Below the pieces are notes generated by a model. That model saw nothing but the letters and a program-made list of their open reading frames with translations. It made no database searches and was not told the DNA's origin. Made by a program: the position numbers and the translations under genes. A stretch of 64,000 nucleotides of DNA from the human T2T-CHM13v2.0 reference genome, Homo sapiens. Below, piece by piece: positions 1-13,684 of this stretch. The stretch lies in NCBI RefSeq assembly GCF_009914755.1, contig NC_060942.1, one strand, 5' to 3'. Every line of letters begins with the position of its first letter. Positions within the stretch are counted from its first letter, which is position 1.

Positions 1-1599
1 TTTGTTGGTGGTGAGAAGGACACTTTCTGATATTCAACAGCACCCTAAAACACTATGAGCTGTGCCTCTAAGCAGCAGAGGGGAGTTAAACTACAGAGAA
101 GCCCTGAGGGACAGATCACGAGTTTGGACTTCGCCACATTGAGTTTGATCCCAAAGGCTATTTCTGCACATCAAGCCATCTGGAGATAGTGTGGGTGCCA
201 GGCATCACGCCTGTGCAGTGATGTATCTCATCCCTTGGTATTTAAATGCTGTCTTGGCATGGGACACTGGTGTCCACAGTCAGCCACAGGCAGAGAAAAA
301 AGTTCTGACTCTAAGTCGTGGGCTGTAAACTTCATTTCCTCAGTTGAACTCACTTATCTGCTGGGCCCAACCATTCATCCACTTCCACAGTTGCGGTAAT
401 TCTCATTCTGGGTCTTGAAGAATATCACAAGAGCCTTACAATAATAAGGTGGCACTAGAATTCTAGGTGATGGGTCATGTCCAAATTTAGTCCAAAAGAA
501 ACTGAAAAATTATGTTTGCTCTGTAAGATCTCATCTGCTCTGGAGTATGAATTATGTTAAGTAGCCTTCAGCATCACTCAGTTGCATCCAGATCCAGATG
601 TCAAAGGGGACAATATTGCAGCCACTTAACATTTCATGTGATAAAATTGTCCTCTTCTTGTCATTGTCCCCTCCCTTACTCTGGTCCATTTTCTCAGCTC
701 CATTATCTGTTTGTATTTGCATCAAAATAATCTGTACTCTTTTGCCCACACTCCTGGCTTTAGAAATTAAAAAAAAAAAAACCCAAAAACAAACAAACAA
801 AAAACTCTGAAGCAATAGGTCAGCATTTACTACAAATCTGTTTTTTTTTCTCTCAAGACTTCTTTATTGAAATAAACAGGGAGGTAACTCTTTATTAACT
901 ACAGTATTTACAGATAAAGGCTCTGAAGACCCAAGAACTTAGATTTCGGAAGCACCATGGTGGGGTAATGGTGTAGCCAGGACTAGAGACCACGGTGGGA
1001 CTTGAAACTATGTCAGAAGAGAAATGATATAGTAAGATTTAGATAATCTGGAAAGAATATCTGCCACAATGTGCCCCTTTGCTTGCTAATTCATTGGTTA
1101 TCGTGATTATTGAGTACTTAGATGATATAGGAATATATCTAAATATTGGGGGTATTAAAAGAAGTTTACTTTCTTCAGAATATGTTTATAATTTCAATTT
1201 AGGATGGTGTTTGAAAACATAATTAAATTTTCAGTATAATATACATAAAAAAGAAAATCAATATACAGGCAATAAATGATAACTGAGCTCAGAGGCTGAG
1301 AATCCTTCATGCAAGTGCTATCACAGATAAATTATTTTCAGTTTTATAAGAATTAAATAGAGAGTAGAGTTTAGTCTGTCATTCTAAGAGAAGGGAAAAA
1401 GTAAGAAAAATGCATAGAGATTGGAAAGTCCAGTACTGGCTTGAGGGGCACTGATTAGTCATTGAAGAATGTGCAGAAATAGAACAGGAAAGAAAGGATG
1501 AACCCAGATTCTGAAGGTATTCAGTCCCCTGGCTAGGAAGTTTTGTCTTTATCTTGTACAATTAAGAGGCACTCTTCAAAGAATATTTAAATTTCACTC

Positions 1600-1960
1600 T
1601 GCCCTTCTGACCTTATATTACCATGCTATTTGCATTCTTGTTTTTGGTTTTTGTCTTTGACTCTTTCCCACATCAGTTGTTATGCAAGTTTCAAAGCTCA
1701 ATCTAAACTCCACATCTTCCAGAGGAGCTTCCCCAATTTATGCAGCAATTATACATAAATCCCATAATCTTCCACTTACAGGATTGATTAGGTATGTTTC
1801 TATAATGTTGTCTTATGCCTGTGTAAATCACATAAATCTGTACTTTATGAACAGTTTTAAAATGTAAACTTCTTGGGGTCAAAGAGCATAATTCATCTCT
1901 CTATTCTTTCAAAGCACAGGCTAAACTTCTGGTTGGGAGAATTACGTTGACAGAATAAAG
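1600..1960 (+). mobile_element. L2 LINE 3' fragment (highly diverged)
   Basis: L2-like blocks (tttcaaagctcaatctaaactccacatcttccagaggagcttcccc; aaacttcttggggtcaaagagc) ending in an L2-type tail; boundaries approximate. Confidence 0.5.
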
Positions 1961-3837
1961 AAAAGCAGTAAGGAGTACGTATTGTTTTAACACTGGTAGA
2001 TGTAGTGAAATATAACTCTAAAATCTATGAACTCTTAAAATTACTGTCTAGCTTCTATCATTCAATTTTTGCTTTAGGAAAGGAGGAGGAAATGGAATGC
2101 ATGATAGAATACAACATATTTTATCTCTAAAATTACTTTTTAAAAGAAAGCTGAAAATATTCTGAGACATTTCAAAACCATTCTCTTAAGATACAGAGTT
2201 TAGTTTTGTGACTTCAAAGTTTGTAGAATATTTATCAGCCTTGGCAAAAAGGTGCCTAGACTTTTAAAAATGTGATTATTTGTTCAACATTTATTGAGAT
2301 CATACTATATGGAGGTGCTGGGCTAGAAGCCATGGGAAGCGTGAAGGTGTACACAAAGACTGTAGAAAACCTTGGGAACCTGCACAGGCTTTTTAACTGT
2401 TACATGTACATCATTATTTTTAAGCATTTGTAGTATGTGAAATCTCCTGCTTCTCCTTCTAGACTTCAGCTGTTCAGTAAGGTCAGCATATTTTGCATCT
2501 TGCGTAGTGCCTGGTACATAAGAAATGGTTACTAATAAATGTTTGTTGAGCTCAGTTACTATGTGCCAGGCATCTTACTGCAAATCCTTTCTAATAGCAG
2601 ATCAGATAATTCAAATGTATGGCAAAGATGCATTCTAGCTCCTCCAAGAACAATTAATTGTCCAAAAGATTGACACAGTTTAAACTCATGATGGAAAGGC
2701 CCAGAAGCTAAAGAACCAAGTATTCATACAACATTCTTTCTATGAATTACAAACATAATTGCATTTAAGTGAATTGGAACTTCTCAAAGCATTAGTAGTG
2801 AGGGTCTAGACAATGTTTTCTATCAAAGAGGAAATGTCCTTTGGAATACCACTTTGTGGAAACAAGAAAACAGACATTCCTTTTAACATGGTTGGTTCTG
2901 CATATCTGCTCATAGCAAAAAGTATAGACAGGGGTCTCTTAGTCTTTACATCGAGAAATCAAGCATCAAGGGGTCTAGGGTTTAAACCAAGCTAGGGATG
3001 TTGGAACTCAATGACCGTTTGAAGTCAAAACATGTCTTGCCTGTTTATTCTTTTGCAAACCTCTTTCTCAGCTCATCCAACTGGGAGTGAGGGTTTTATT
3101 ATCCCTCCAACAGTTGGTTCCATTCTCTGACATTTTTCTTGTTGCCTGTGATTTTCGAAAGCATCCACTTTTCACAAGTGAAAACTGATTTTGTCCAAAC
3201 AGATGCTTGTTTCTATATTTTACATTCTGGGAAAAAAATATGGGTATGATTTGGTTGGGGAGGGGGCTAGAGAGAAATGGGGAGTAAAATCTTACAGACG
3301 CTGGTAGAGGCACAGCTTTGAGCTAAAATTAGAAGCCAACTGAGAGCTGTAAGCAGGAGGAAGGGGGTCTCCAAAGAAAGTTTGTTGTATAATAAAATAC
3401 TCATTGAAAATATTCTGACAAGGAGCCCTAACAAAATTCTCACATATCTTAGACTACATGATAAAATGGTTTCTCCCTAAAGTTTCTATGAGAATTATGG
3501 TAAATTAGATTTGGACACGATGTTTTAAATCAGTCAGGCAATCAAATATTTCAATCTAATCCTTCAATCAACACTCATTTCCTGAGCACCAATTTTTGTC
3601 CTGATCACTCTTAAACTTGAGAGGGAGTCAAGAGAAAAGCAAATAAATGCACAAGCAAATAAATAAAAATAACTTAAATGATGACCAGGAGGAGCTCACC
3701 GTGTAGGTGGGAAACAGGGAAAATAAACATGCAAAAGGTGAGCTGGAGGAAATGATACAGATAGATTTCAGGACTTGTTTCTCTGAGCTGCAGTTGACCT
3801 GTTGTTCCACAGCTTAATCCACCACTGCCTCACTCTC

Positions 3838-3877
3838 TTACTTTGAATTTCTCAACTTTACTTTGAATTTCTTGACT
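3838..3877 (+). repeat. 20-bp tandem duplication
   Basis: ttactttgaatttctcaact followed directly by ttactttgaatttcttgact (18/20). Confidence 0.9.
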
Positions 3878-3891
3878 TTGCTCAGGGTTGG

Positions 3892-4266
3892 TGTCTTAGT
3901 TCATTCAGGCTGCTATAAAAAAATATACAAACAACAGTTTATATGACACAGAGTATCCCTAGAATATCCCAGGAGTCCTTTCTTCCTTCACAGTTCTGAA
4001 GACTAGGGAGTCCAAGATCAAGGTGCTGGCAGATTTGGTGTCTAGTGAGGGCCTGTTTTCTGGTTCATAGACAGTGCCTTCTCACCGTGTCCCTACATGG
4101 TGGAAGGGGCAACGCAGCTATCTGGGACCACTTTTATAAGCATATTAATCCCAATCATGTGAGCAGGTCCCCGCCTCCCAAAGCCCCAGCTCTTAGTATC
4201 ATCACAATGGAGGTTAGATGTCAACATATGATTCTGGGGGGGACTCAGACATTCAGAACATACCAA
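3892..4266 (-). mobile_element. MLT1A-type MaLR solo LTR carrying an ~40-bp foreign insertion
   Basis: Begins tgtcttagttcattcaggctgctata; contains cacagttctgaag..tccaagatcaaggtgctggcagatttggtgtctagtgagggcc, the reverse complement of the MLT1A 3' half. Confidence 0.85.
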
Positions 4267-5124
4267 CTGGGGAAGAGATCTAATCCTCTATGTCCCACAT
4301 GCTTTCTTGGCCCCATATGCGCTGAGGAAGTGCCTATTCTCTGCCTTTGTAGGCGTGGGATGGCTATATGTGGAGACGTGTGCCGCTGGCATTAGCTGCC
4401 TCTGTCCAGAGCCTGCTGAGCCAGGCTATGGGAACTGCATGTGCCCCACCCTCAACACCCTGAATTTCTGAAGGTGGATTTCATAACCCCAGCTACAGTA
4501 GTTGGTGCAAATTTTAGAGTCATAAAAACATCCTTACAGTCCACTGAATCAAGCAGCGTAGTTGACCCTTGTGAATGGGGTTAGGGCATCTCCTGGACAG
4601 TGTCTCACCCTATTACCACCACTCTGACCCTCCTCTGCAGGCTAGGATTTTGATAAAAGAGATTCCAGCCTTATTCCCAGATACAGATCACTTAAAGCAG
4701 TCGGTCTTCATGTTCCCCTTAGCCCATTGCAGCACTGAGGGGAATATTCCTGCATGTATAAAAGGCACTCCATGCCTGGTATACATTCAGCACCATCCGG
4801 ATGTAATTGGAATGGCTCTCTTCTAATCTGGTTTGGGCTCTGATGATAACTGCTTCTGTTTATACAATCAGATCTCACTGCTGAGCGACTTTGCATTCCT
4901 CTACATCAAAGGTAATTATTATTTTTATAGTTCAATTAGCAAACATTACATTTCTGTTTGCCTTGCTAAGATGGTACCACCAAATTTAACAATAACACAC
5001 TATTCTAAGCTGCCAGGGGATAAGATGCTATTATAATATTGTAGCTCTTTTTTTTTCTTTGTTTTTTCCTTCTTTCATTATGCACACAGGTCATATTCAA
5101 TTCAAAAATGAGAATGCTTCAAAT

Positions 5125-5290
5125 TAAGAATGTTAGACTGATAAAAGACCTTTCAATCATGTAAAACTAGCCTCTCAATTTGGAAGTGAGGAAACTGAGA
5201 CCTGAATTCAGTGATTTGGCCTAAATTATATCAGTCTGTAAAAGAATCAGCTTTCTAATCAATGTCTTTACATTCCTAGTACAGTATTCA
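5125..5290 (-). mobile_element. MIR SINE fragment
   Basis: Core gtgaggaaactgagacc with MIR3-like flank. Confidence 0.65.
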
Positions 5291-5449
5291 TTTTTCTTTC
5301 TCTCTTTAAGCCCCAGATGCAGTGAAGAGAAGCAAAAGAGAGCAGCACTAAAGGAAAATATAAGTGACCCACCATTTATGGAGTATCTCCTGTGTGCAAG
5401 GCATTTTAGACAATTTAATGTTTTAAACTTGATACCTAGACCCTAACCC

Positions 5450-5570
5450 CTACCCTGATACTGAATATCTATATGACCTTGTGACTTAGTTCTCCCTGAG
5501 CTTGCATATTCTCCCTTGAAAACCAAGAGGGCTGCCCTAGAGTATCCCAGGAATCTTTTCTTGCACAATC
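5450..5570 (+). mobile_element. MIR3-like SINE fragment (donor of the insertion at ~3950)
   Basis: atgaccttg..tctccctgagcttg..gaaaaccaagagggctgccctagag resembles the MIR core plus MIR3 tail. Confidence 0.5.
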
Positions 5571-6399
5571 ATTCAGGAACAAGTGCCAGCCATATCTCAT
5601 TTTAAGTATCTAACATCCTTTGGATACTCCTGTTATCTTGTTTCTCCAAGCTGGGGGAGTGGTCCCATTGCTCTGTAGCAGTTTTGCTATGTGTTCTTGA
5701 ATTTAACCACGGTTAGAAATGCTTGAAATAGTTCTTTATCTTTCTTCCTGAAACTGCTGAGATGGACAGTCAGGAGGAAGAACATATACCATCCCAGATA
5801 TTGAGCACAGTGTGGGGGTGGGTGGTCAGAGCTGGGGCCAGCACAGTGGCAGCAGCTCTCATTCATTCCCATGGCTTGCCCTGGCTGTGTGGGCAAAGGT
5901 CTCTCCAGCAATCCAGCAGCCTGTTTCCATATTATCAGTGCTTTCTCCTCTCTGGCTTTATTAAACATGTTAAGTAAGATGTTTTGCCATGTTCTTACAG
6001 AGTCTGTTGCATTGATTATTCACAATGCCATCACCCCTCCTCCCACCCTGCTTAGTACTCCCCCACTCCCAGGCTTGATTTATTACCCACTATATTGTTC
6101 CAAGCACAGACCTTTTTATCACTGTCACATATGTGGGCCTGGTGATGAGATATGCTTGGTAGTGGCTGGAGGGGCAGGATGGAGCTGTAGGAACCAAGCA
6201 AGAAGGAAGTTTGCAACTGATTTTATCTTGTTCTAAAACTCATTTCTGCTTATATTTTGGAAAATCCCAAACATAAATTATCTTTGTCTGTTTATAAAAT
6301 AGATAATATAGTGGACTATTTGAAGAGCAATATTTAGGCTTCATAGGTCTGTTTTACTAGGAACCCCAAAATAAATTAATAAAAATAAAAGCAGTCAGT

Positions 6400-6690
6400 T
6401 ACTAAACATTTAGTAAGTACCAGGCATTGATGTCTGGAGAAAGTGTAGCCTGGGTAGAGAGAACATGGGTGAAGCCTTGGAACATTAGTATGTACCAGGT
6501 TATAAGTGCTTTACTTGGATGATCGCATGTGATTCTATCTTAAGACAACAAACAAGAACAACTTATTGCATAGATTATTTTAATCCCTCTTTTTCATGTG
6601 AAGAAACTGAAGCTCAAAGAGGTCTAATCACATAATTACAAAGGAGGTAGATCCAAGACTTGATCCCTAGATCTTTCTGACCTCAGAAGT
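6400..6690 (-). mobile_element. MIR SINE interrupted by a 60-bp L2-derived insertion
   Basis: aacattt..gtaccaggca..taagtgctttac..gaagaaactgaagctcaaagagg..tttctgacctcagaag matches reverse-strand MIR. Confidence 0.75.
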
Positions 6691-7167
6691 ACTCTAGTGA
6701 TGATACAAATTCTATTCTCAGATTTAGACAGAATGATCGAATTTGTTGTTAGTGATCTGCATGGATGTTTCTATTCATGAGTTTAAAAAATTTTGCCAAG
6801 CCAAATGAAATAGAAAATCTGTTATGAAAGTTCAATATGTAAAACCAAAAACAAAAAAGAAAGGAAGAAGCCTGGGAAGAAGTTCTAGAAACCTGCCCAC
6901 CCACATCTCTCATTCCTCCAGGTATCCAAGGGTGCACCATATATTTATGCATTTTTGAAGACCCCAGCTTAATGCAATACCATCACTTTGTAAGGGAAAG
7001 ACAGTGATAACCCAAGGTACTAAGTGACAAATCGACCACACAGTCATCAAGTAGTCTTACTCCCAGTTAACACGGCACCACATTTGTTGTAATTTGATTG
7101 CCTTCTATATCCTGTTAGATGTAAGAAACAGTTCATTAACAGTGTTAGGTTAACACATTAATGGATA

Positions 7168-7828
7168 GATCATTTATTCACTCAACGAATCCTAACAGAA
7201 TGCTCATTATGGGCCAGGTCCTGCTGTGTGTGCTGGGGAAAGGGCAGTAGGCAAAGCACACACACATCCCTGCCATGATGGGGTTTGCATTCTACAGAAG
7301 TCAAGAAACACACAAAATGAAAAAGGAAAAGTATAGCACATTACTATAGACAAATGCTAGAAAGAAACCGAAAGTGGGAAAGAGGGAGATCGTGTACATG
7401 GGTGATGTGGCAGGCATGTGGCCAAGGAAGACCCTCAGAGTGGAAAGACTGAGAAAAGTCTAAAGAGTGAGAGATCTGAGATCACTGGTATCTGGAGAAA
7501 GCGTGGTCTGGGTAGAGAGAACACGGGTGAAGCCTTGGAACAGCAACATGTGGGATGTGCTTGAGAAACAGCAGGGAGATTAGTGTGGAGGGAGTGGAGT
7601 GAACAATCCATATGGTGGTCTGAGCTGAGGTCAAAGAAGTAAAACAGAAGAAGTCAAATCAGTAGGGTCTTAAAGGTTTATCTTTGATTCTCAAAGAGAT
7701 GGGAAACCAATAGAGGCTTTTCAGCAGAGAAAGAACTTCATATGAATTGTTGTTTGTTTTTTAATTCATTACATTGAAATTATGTTAGAGGGAGGCAAGG
7801 AAAGAAGTAAAAAGACCAATTAGGAGCC
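7168..7828 (-). mobile_element. L2 (L2a-like) 3' region
   Basis: catttattcactcaacgaatcc..tgctcattatgggccaggtcctg (L2 tail, reverse) followed by purine-rich L2 body (gatgggaaaccaatagaggcttttcagcagag). Confidence 0.8.
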
Positions 7829-7859
7829 AAACTTCAATTTTCCTCCTCTCATTCTATCT

Positions 7860-9080
7860 CAAACATTTTACTGTGACAGTCTCAAAACATAAAACAAAGA
7901 TGAAATAATTTCGCATCTTTATGTCCACCACGCAGATTACATCAGAAACATTTCACTACAGTTTATCATGCATCCATTCATCCATCCAGTTATCCCTTCA
8001 TCCCATTTCCTTGATGAGACTCAAACCAAACTCCAGTCATCAACCCATTTTGTTCAGATAATACAGCATACAACCAGAGTTCAACTCTGCCATTTTTTAT
8101 TCAATACAAAATCCATATTCAAAGCAATGCACAAACCTTAAAAAAAATTTCACTGAGTTTTGATAATAAACACATACCTCCATATAACATATAATTCTAT
8201 CAAAATATAAAATATTCATGATCATCTCAGAAAGTTCCTTTATCTCTCTTCCCAGTGAAAGCCTGTCTTTATCCTCCAGAGATAATCACTAACCTGATTT
8301 TTCCATAATAGATTAGTTTTACCAGCTATAGAATTTCATATCAATAGAGACATAAAATATGTATTCATTTCTGTCAGCTTTGTCAATCAGTGTGTTTTTG
8401 AGATTTATTAATGTGTTTCCATGTAGTAGTAACATGGTCCTTTTTATTGCTAAGTAATATTCCATTAAATAAATACCTCAACTTTTGTTTATCCATCATC
8501 TGATAAACACTTAGGGTGTTTTCAGATTTTTATTATGAGAAAAGTTTCTAGGATTTTTTTTTTTTGAGACAGGGTCTCACTCTGTTGCCCAGGCTGGACT
8601 GTAGTGGCATGAACATGGCTCACAATAGCCTTCACCTCCTGATCTCAAGCTATCCTTCCACCTCAGTCTCATGGGACCACAGGCATGCACCACCACACTC
8701 AGCTAAATTTTTAATTTTGTAGAGATGAGGTCCTGCCACATTGGCTAGGCTGGCCTCGAACTCCTGGGCTCAAGCAATCCTCTTGCCTTGGTCTCCTGAA
8801 GTGCTGGGATTACAGGCATGAGCCACAACACTTGGCTAAAAATTCTATACAATAATTTTTGTGGTTATATATTGTCATTTATCTTGAATTAATATGTGGA
8901 GATAAATTACTAGGCTATAGAAAGATCTATGCTTGGTTTTTATTTAGTTTGCCTAATAGATATTCTTATATATCCTATTGTAAAGTATTTTATTTGCCCA
9001 ATTCCAATGGAGTTGCTTGGCCTTTAATTATTGAGTCGTAGGAGTATTCCTGAATATTAGACTTTACAGTAAATATCTTT
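7860..9080 (-). mobile_element. Old L1M 3' fragments, interrupted by AluJ
   Basis: L1M 3'UTR motifs (ataatcactaacctgatttt, gaatttcatatcaatagaga, tttttattgctaagtaatattccatt). Confidence 0.7.
8554..8837 (-). mobile_element. AluJ
   Basis: Poly-T then gagacagggtctcactctg; J-type ctcctgggctcaagcaatcc; ends gagccacaacacttggct. Confidence 0.95.
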
Positions 9081-10249
9081 AAAAAAATACAATAGGGACA
9101 GATTTATAGGTATAAGCTACCACTAAAGCCATCAGCAGCTGCTCTGCTACTTCACAGTGACAGTGACCAGAAATTTTATTTTAAAACATTAAACCTGTCT
9201 TTATTATTTTCAATATGCATTAATTTTTCTAGGATAAATGGAATAGAGTATAAAAGCCAACATAGGAAAAATGTAAATAAAATGTCATAAAAGCAGAAAA
9301 AAGAAACATAGAAAGTTGAAAGTATTACAAATTAAAATAAATCTAAATATATCATTTATTACAATATATAAAAATGGACATAACTTAGGTCAAATCAAAG
9401 ATTGCCTAATTATATAAAAAATATAGCTAACTATATATTCTTTACAAGATAACTAATTAAGATATAAATACCCAGAAAAGAGGAAACAGATTGAAAAAGA
9501 TATATCAGTAAAATATCAACCAAAAGTCAGCTGATTTGGCTATATAAACACAATGTAAAATATAATGTTGCAGAGATAAAGTGTGCCACTATATCAGGAT
9601 TTCAATTTGTTAGAGTGATATAACAATTCTAAATTTGTATGCCCGTAACTTTATAGATATAAAACATATGAAATAAAAATTTACAGAACTGTTAAAAGAG
9701 ATGAATAAATCTACCATCAAAATTTAGGAGTTAACATATTAACAATCATAGATCAAGAAGAAAGAATGAGCAGTCAGAATACAGATATATGAACAACACC
9801 GCTTAAAAGTTGACTAAATAGATACGCAAACAACATTCAACCCAACAAGTGGAGAACACAAGTTTCTTTCTGGTACATTTGGGACCTTTATTAAAACTGA
9901 TCCTAAACTAGGTTTTAAAACATATCTCAACCTATGTTAAGAAATCTGGCATGTTCTCTGATGATAATATAATTAATTTAAAAACAATTATGAAATAAAA
10001 CTAAGGCCAAAACAAGAAAATGATAAAATACTACATAGAAGTACTAAATTATATTTCTATATAATGCACAATTCCAAGTAAAAAACATAGTGGATATTTA
10101 AAATACTTAAAAAGAATGGAAAAAAATACATATAAAAAACATTTGTAACAAATAAACTGGTAATTATAAAAAAGTAGTCTTAAATGATTACAAAAGTAAA
10201 AAAGACTAACATCAATAATCTAAAAATTAGAAAACTAAATACAGAATAA

Positions 10250-10581
<332 letters not shown>

Positions 10582-10992
10582 AGAAATATTTTTTTTAAAG
10601 AGAGAAGAAATTAATACCATATAAAATGTAAAGACACAACCAAGAGAATTCATAAAGCCAACAATGAAGGCATTAAGATGACTAATAAAATTGACAAATC
10701 TCTGCTGATGGTGATCAAGAAAACAAGGTAAAACCACAAATGAGTAAGTGTTAGTTTTGAAAGAAGAGTCATAAGAATTATGGCAGGGCTTAAAAATTTA
10801 GTAGGTGAACATTATGAGCAACTTTATTCCAATTTGTTAGAAAACTTACATGTAACTGAAATATATATAATATAAATTACCAAATATTCTCATATTATAA
10901 ATATAATAAATAAACATTAAAATCACTGAAATATTGCAGTGGTTAAGAAACCTGCCAAAGACAAATCCAGATAGTTTTACAAGGGAGTATTT

Positions 10993-11460
10993 TTGTCTTA
11001 GTCAGAATTTCCCCAGAAGTCAACCTTGAACCCAAGGATTTGAGTGAAACTGTTCCTTTGGAAAGTGATCCCAAGAATTACTGATAAAGGTAGGGAAGGG
11101 AAGCAGGAAAGAGAAGGAATCCTATAAAGAATATGTTTGTGAGCAGTTTGCTTGTGGGCAATTGATCTGGGTCCCAGGAAGAACCTCTGAGTGATTATGT
11201 AGTCAAAGCCTTCAAAGTTTTGCACCTAGGAGAAAGAAATATGGGGTATTTATACATTGACACTCATCTGTTATGGGTTGAGTGCTGCTCCCAGGGGCAT
11301 TTACTCCCCAGCATTGCTGCCCAATCTTGGAAATGGGCCTACTGGCCTCCAGAAGCCAGAGAAAGCCCTCAGGCAGAGTCACTAGTGTTTGCATTAAAAA
11401 ATCATCTGTGTGTCTGGGGCTGTGAGTGCTGAGGGTTTAGTATTGCTACCATTAGCTATA
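10993..11460 (-). mobile_element. ERVL LTR (LTR33/LTR16-like)
   Basis: tgtcttagtc..ccccagaag..caaggatttgagtg..gtgatcccaagaa is the reverse of the U5 end of this LTR group. Confidence 0.7.
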
Positions 11461-11865
11461 ACTAACCCTTAAGAAGCAGATGATTCCAATCCTCCCAGTA
11501 TATCTATATTATTAAAAAGAAGGGAAATTGCAGACAAATACATTGTTAAACTAGAGGCCAAAAAATCTTAATTTAAATGTTAGTAAATCAAATTTAGCAG
11601 TATATCATGTTGGGTTTATCACAAAAATGCATGCTTGTTTTCATAGTAAACAGTCTACTAAGGTAGTTCATTACATAAACAGATTAAAAAGAGAAGAGCC
11701 ATAAAGAACATCTCTGTAGACAAAATGTAATTTCAATATATGATTTTAAAAATTTCTATTACATAAGAAACGGAATGGAAGCATCTTAATGACATAAAAA
11801 GGGACAACAAGGGCCAAACTAGAAAATATTCTACATCATTGATACATATTTTAAAGGTTTTTTTT

Positions 11866-12191
<326 letters not shown>

Positions 12192-13300
12192 AAAGTATTT
12201 TCTTTAAAATCAAGATGCGCATTATCATCACTGCACTCAACATTGTGCTAGACATCCGAATTTAGTAAAGTAAGATAAGAAAAGATAGATGTAAAGGCAT
12301 AAGAATTGAAAACATATAAACAAAACAAATTATTTTCAGATGATATGGTTGTTTACATGGAAAACCAAAAAGCACTTACAGACAAATTATTAGTAATAAT
12401 AAGAGAATTCATCAGTGTGTCTGTAGGCTATAAGATCAATATACAAAACCAATTGCATTTCCATATGACAGCATAATTCAGAAAATATAATTAAGGAATT
12501 ATTTCCCTTTACAATAGTATCTAAATATATAAGGTGTCTGATAATAAAATAGCAAAAGATGTGCAAGACTCCTAGAGAAAATTGTAAACGATGTTCAAAA
12601 TAAAAGATATAAAATGTCTATTGACAGTCACTATAAAATGTGACCATTCTTTTTGTATTGATCTATGCATCAATGCAATGACAATCAAAATTCCAATACA
12701 ATTTTAGTGGAATTGACAAGCTGATTTCAATATTGTATGGAAAAGCAAATGACAAAAATAGCAAGACTTTCCTGAAGAACAAGTGGAGAAAATTATACCT
12801 TTTAGATATCCAAACATAGTATACAATTAAACCAGCTAGGACAGTGTAATGTTGGATTAAATACTAAATTCTTTAATAAGTAGAGTGGAAAATCAGTCAT
12901 ATTAAATACATACATTTACAGTAAATTGTATGTAATGATGAATATAATATGCATTATAAATAATGCATTATGAATGATTACATGTTTCATATATTATCTA
13001 CTTTCTTTATCACATGTTATACCAATGTCAATTCTAAATGGAAAAATACTTAAACATCTACATAGTGAGAGAGAGAGAGAGACTGGGACAAAGAGGTTGA
13101 AAATAATAAAAATATTCTTTGGGAATCTTCTGACAACTTTCAGTAAGTTTAAATTATTCAGAAGAAAATATAGAACAATATCTCCATGAGATAAGATATA
13201 GGAAATTGTAGTAAACAAAAAACAAAGAGCACTAACTTAAAATAAATTATCGATGAATTTGACTAAATTAAATTTGAAAGAATGTTCATTCATTAACAGA

Positions 13301-13684
13301 GACATTAGTCAGCTAGGGCTACCATAGCAAGCTAGCATAGACTGGGTGATTACAACAACAGACTTTATTTTCTCACAGTTCTGGAGGATAAAAGTCCACG
13401 ATTAGGGTGCTAGCAGGGTTGGTTTTTGTTAAGGCCTCTCTCCTCAGTTTGCAGATGGCTCCTTCCCGTGGTGTCCCCACATGTTTTTTTTTTTCTGTGC
13501 CTGCTTATGGAGAAAGAGTGCTAATGTTTCTCTTCTTATAGGGACACCAGTCCTATCAGATTAGGATCCCATCCTTATGGCCTCATGTAACCTTCATTAT
13601 CTCCTTAATGGCCTTATCTCCAAATATAGCCACATTGCGTTTTCAGCATATGAAGTTGGGGTAGACACAATTTAACTCATCACA
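13301..13684 (-). mobile_element. MLT1B-like MaLR solo LTR
   Basis: attagtc..gggct..catagactgggtg..ttttctcacagttctggagg..cttatagggacaccagtc..tctccaaatatagccacatt. Confidence 0.85.

Noticed and set aside
4700-4916. Possible exon ending at aaag|gtaatt (4910)
   Set aside because: A plausible donor, but no clear acceptor-frame combination or recognisable peptide
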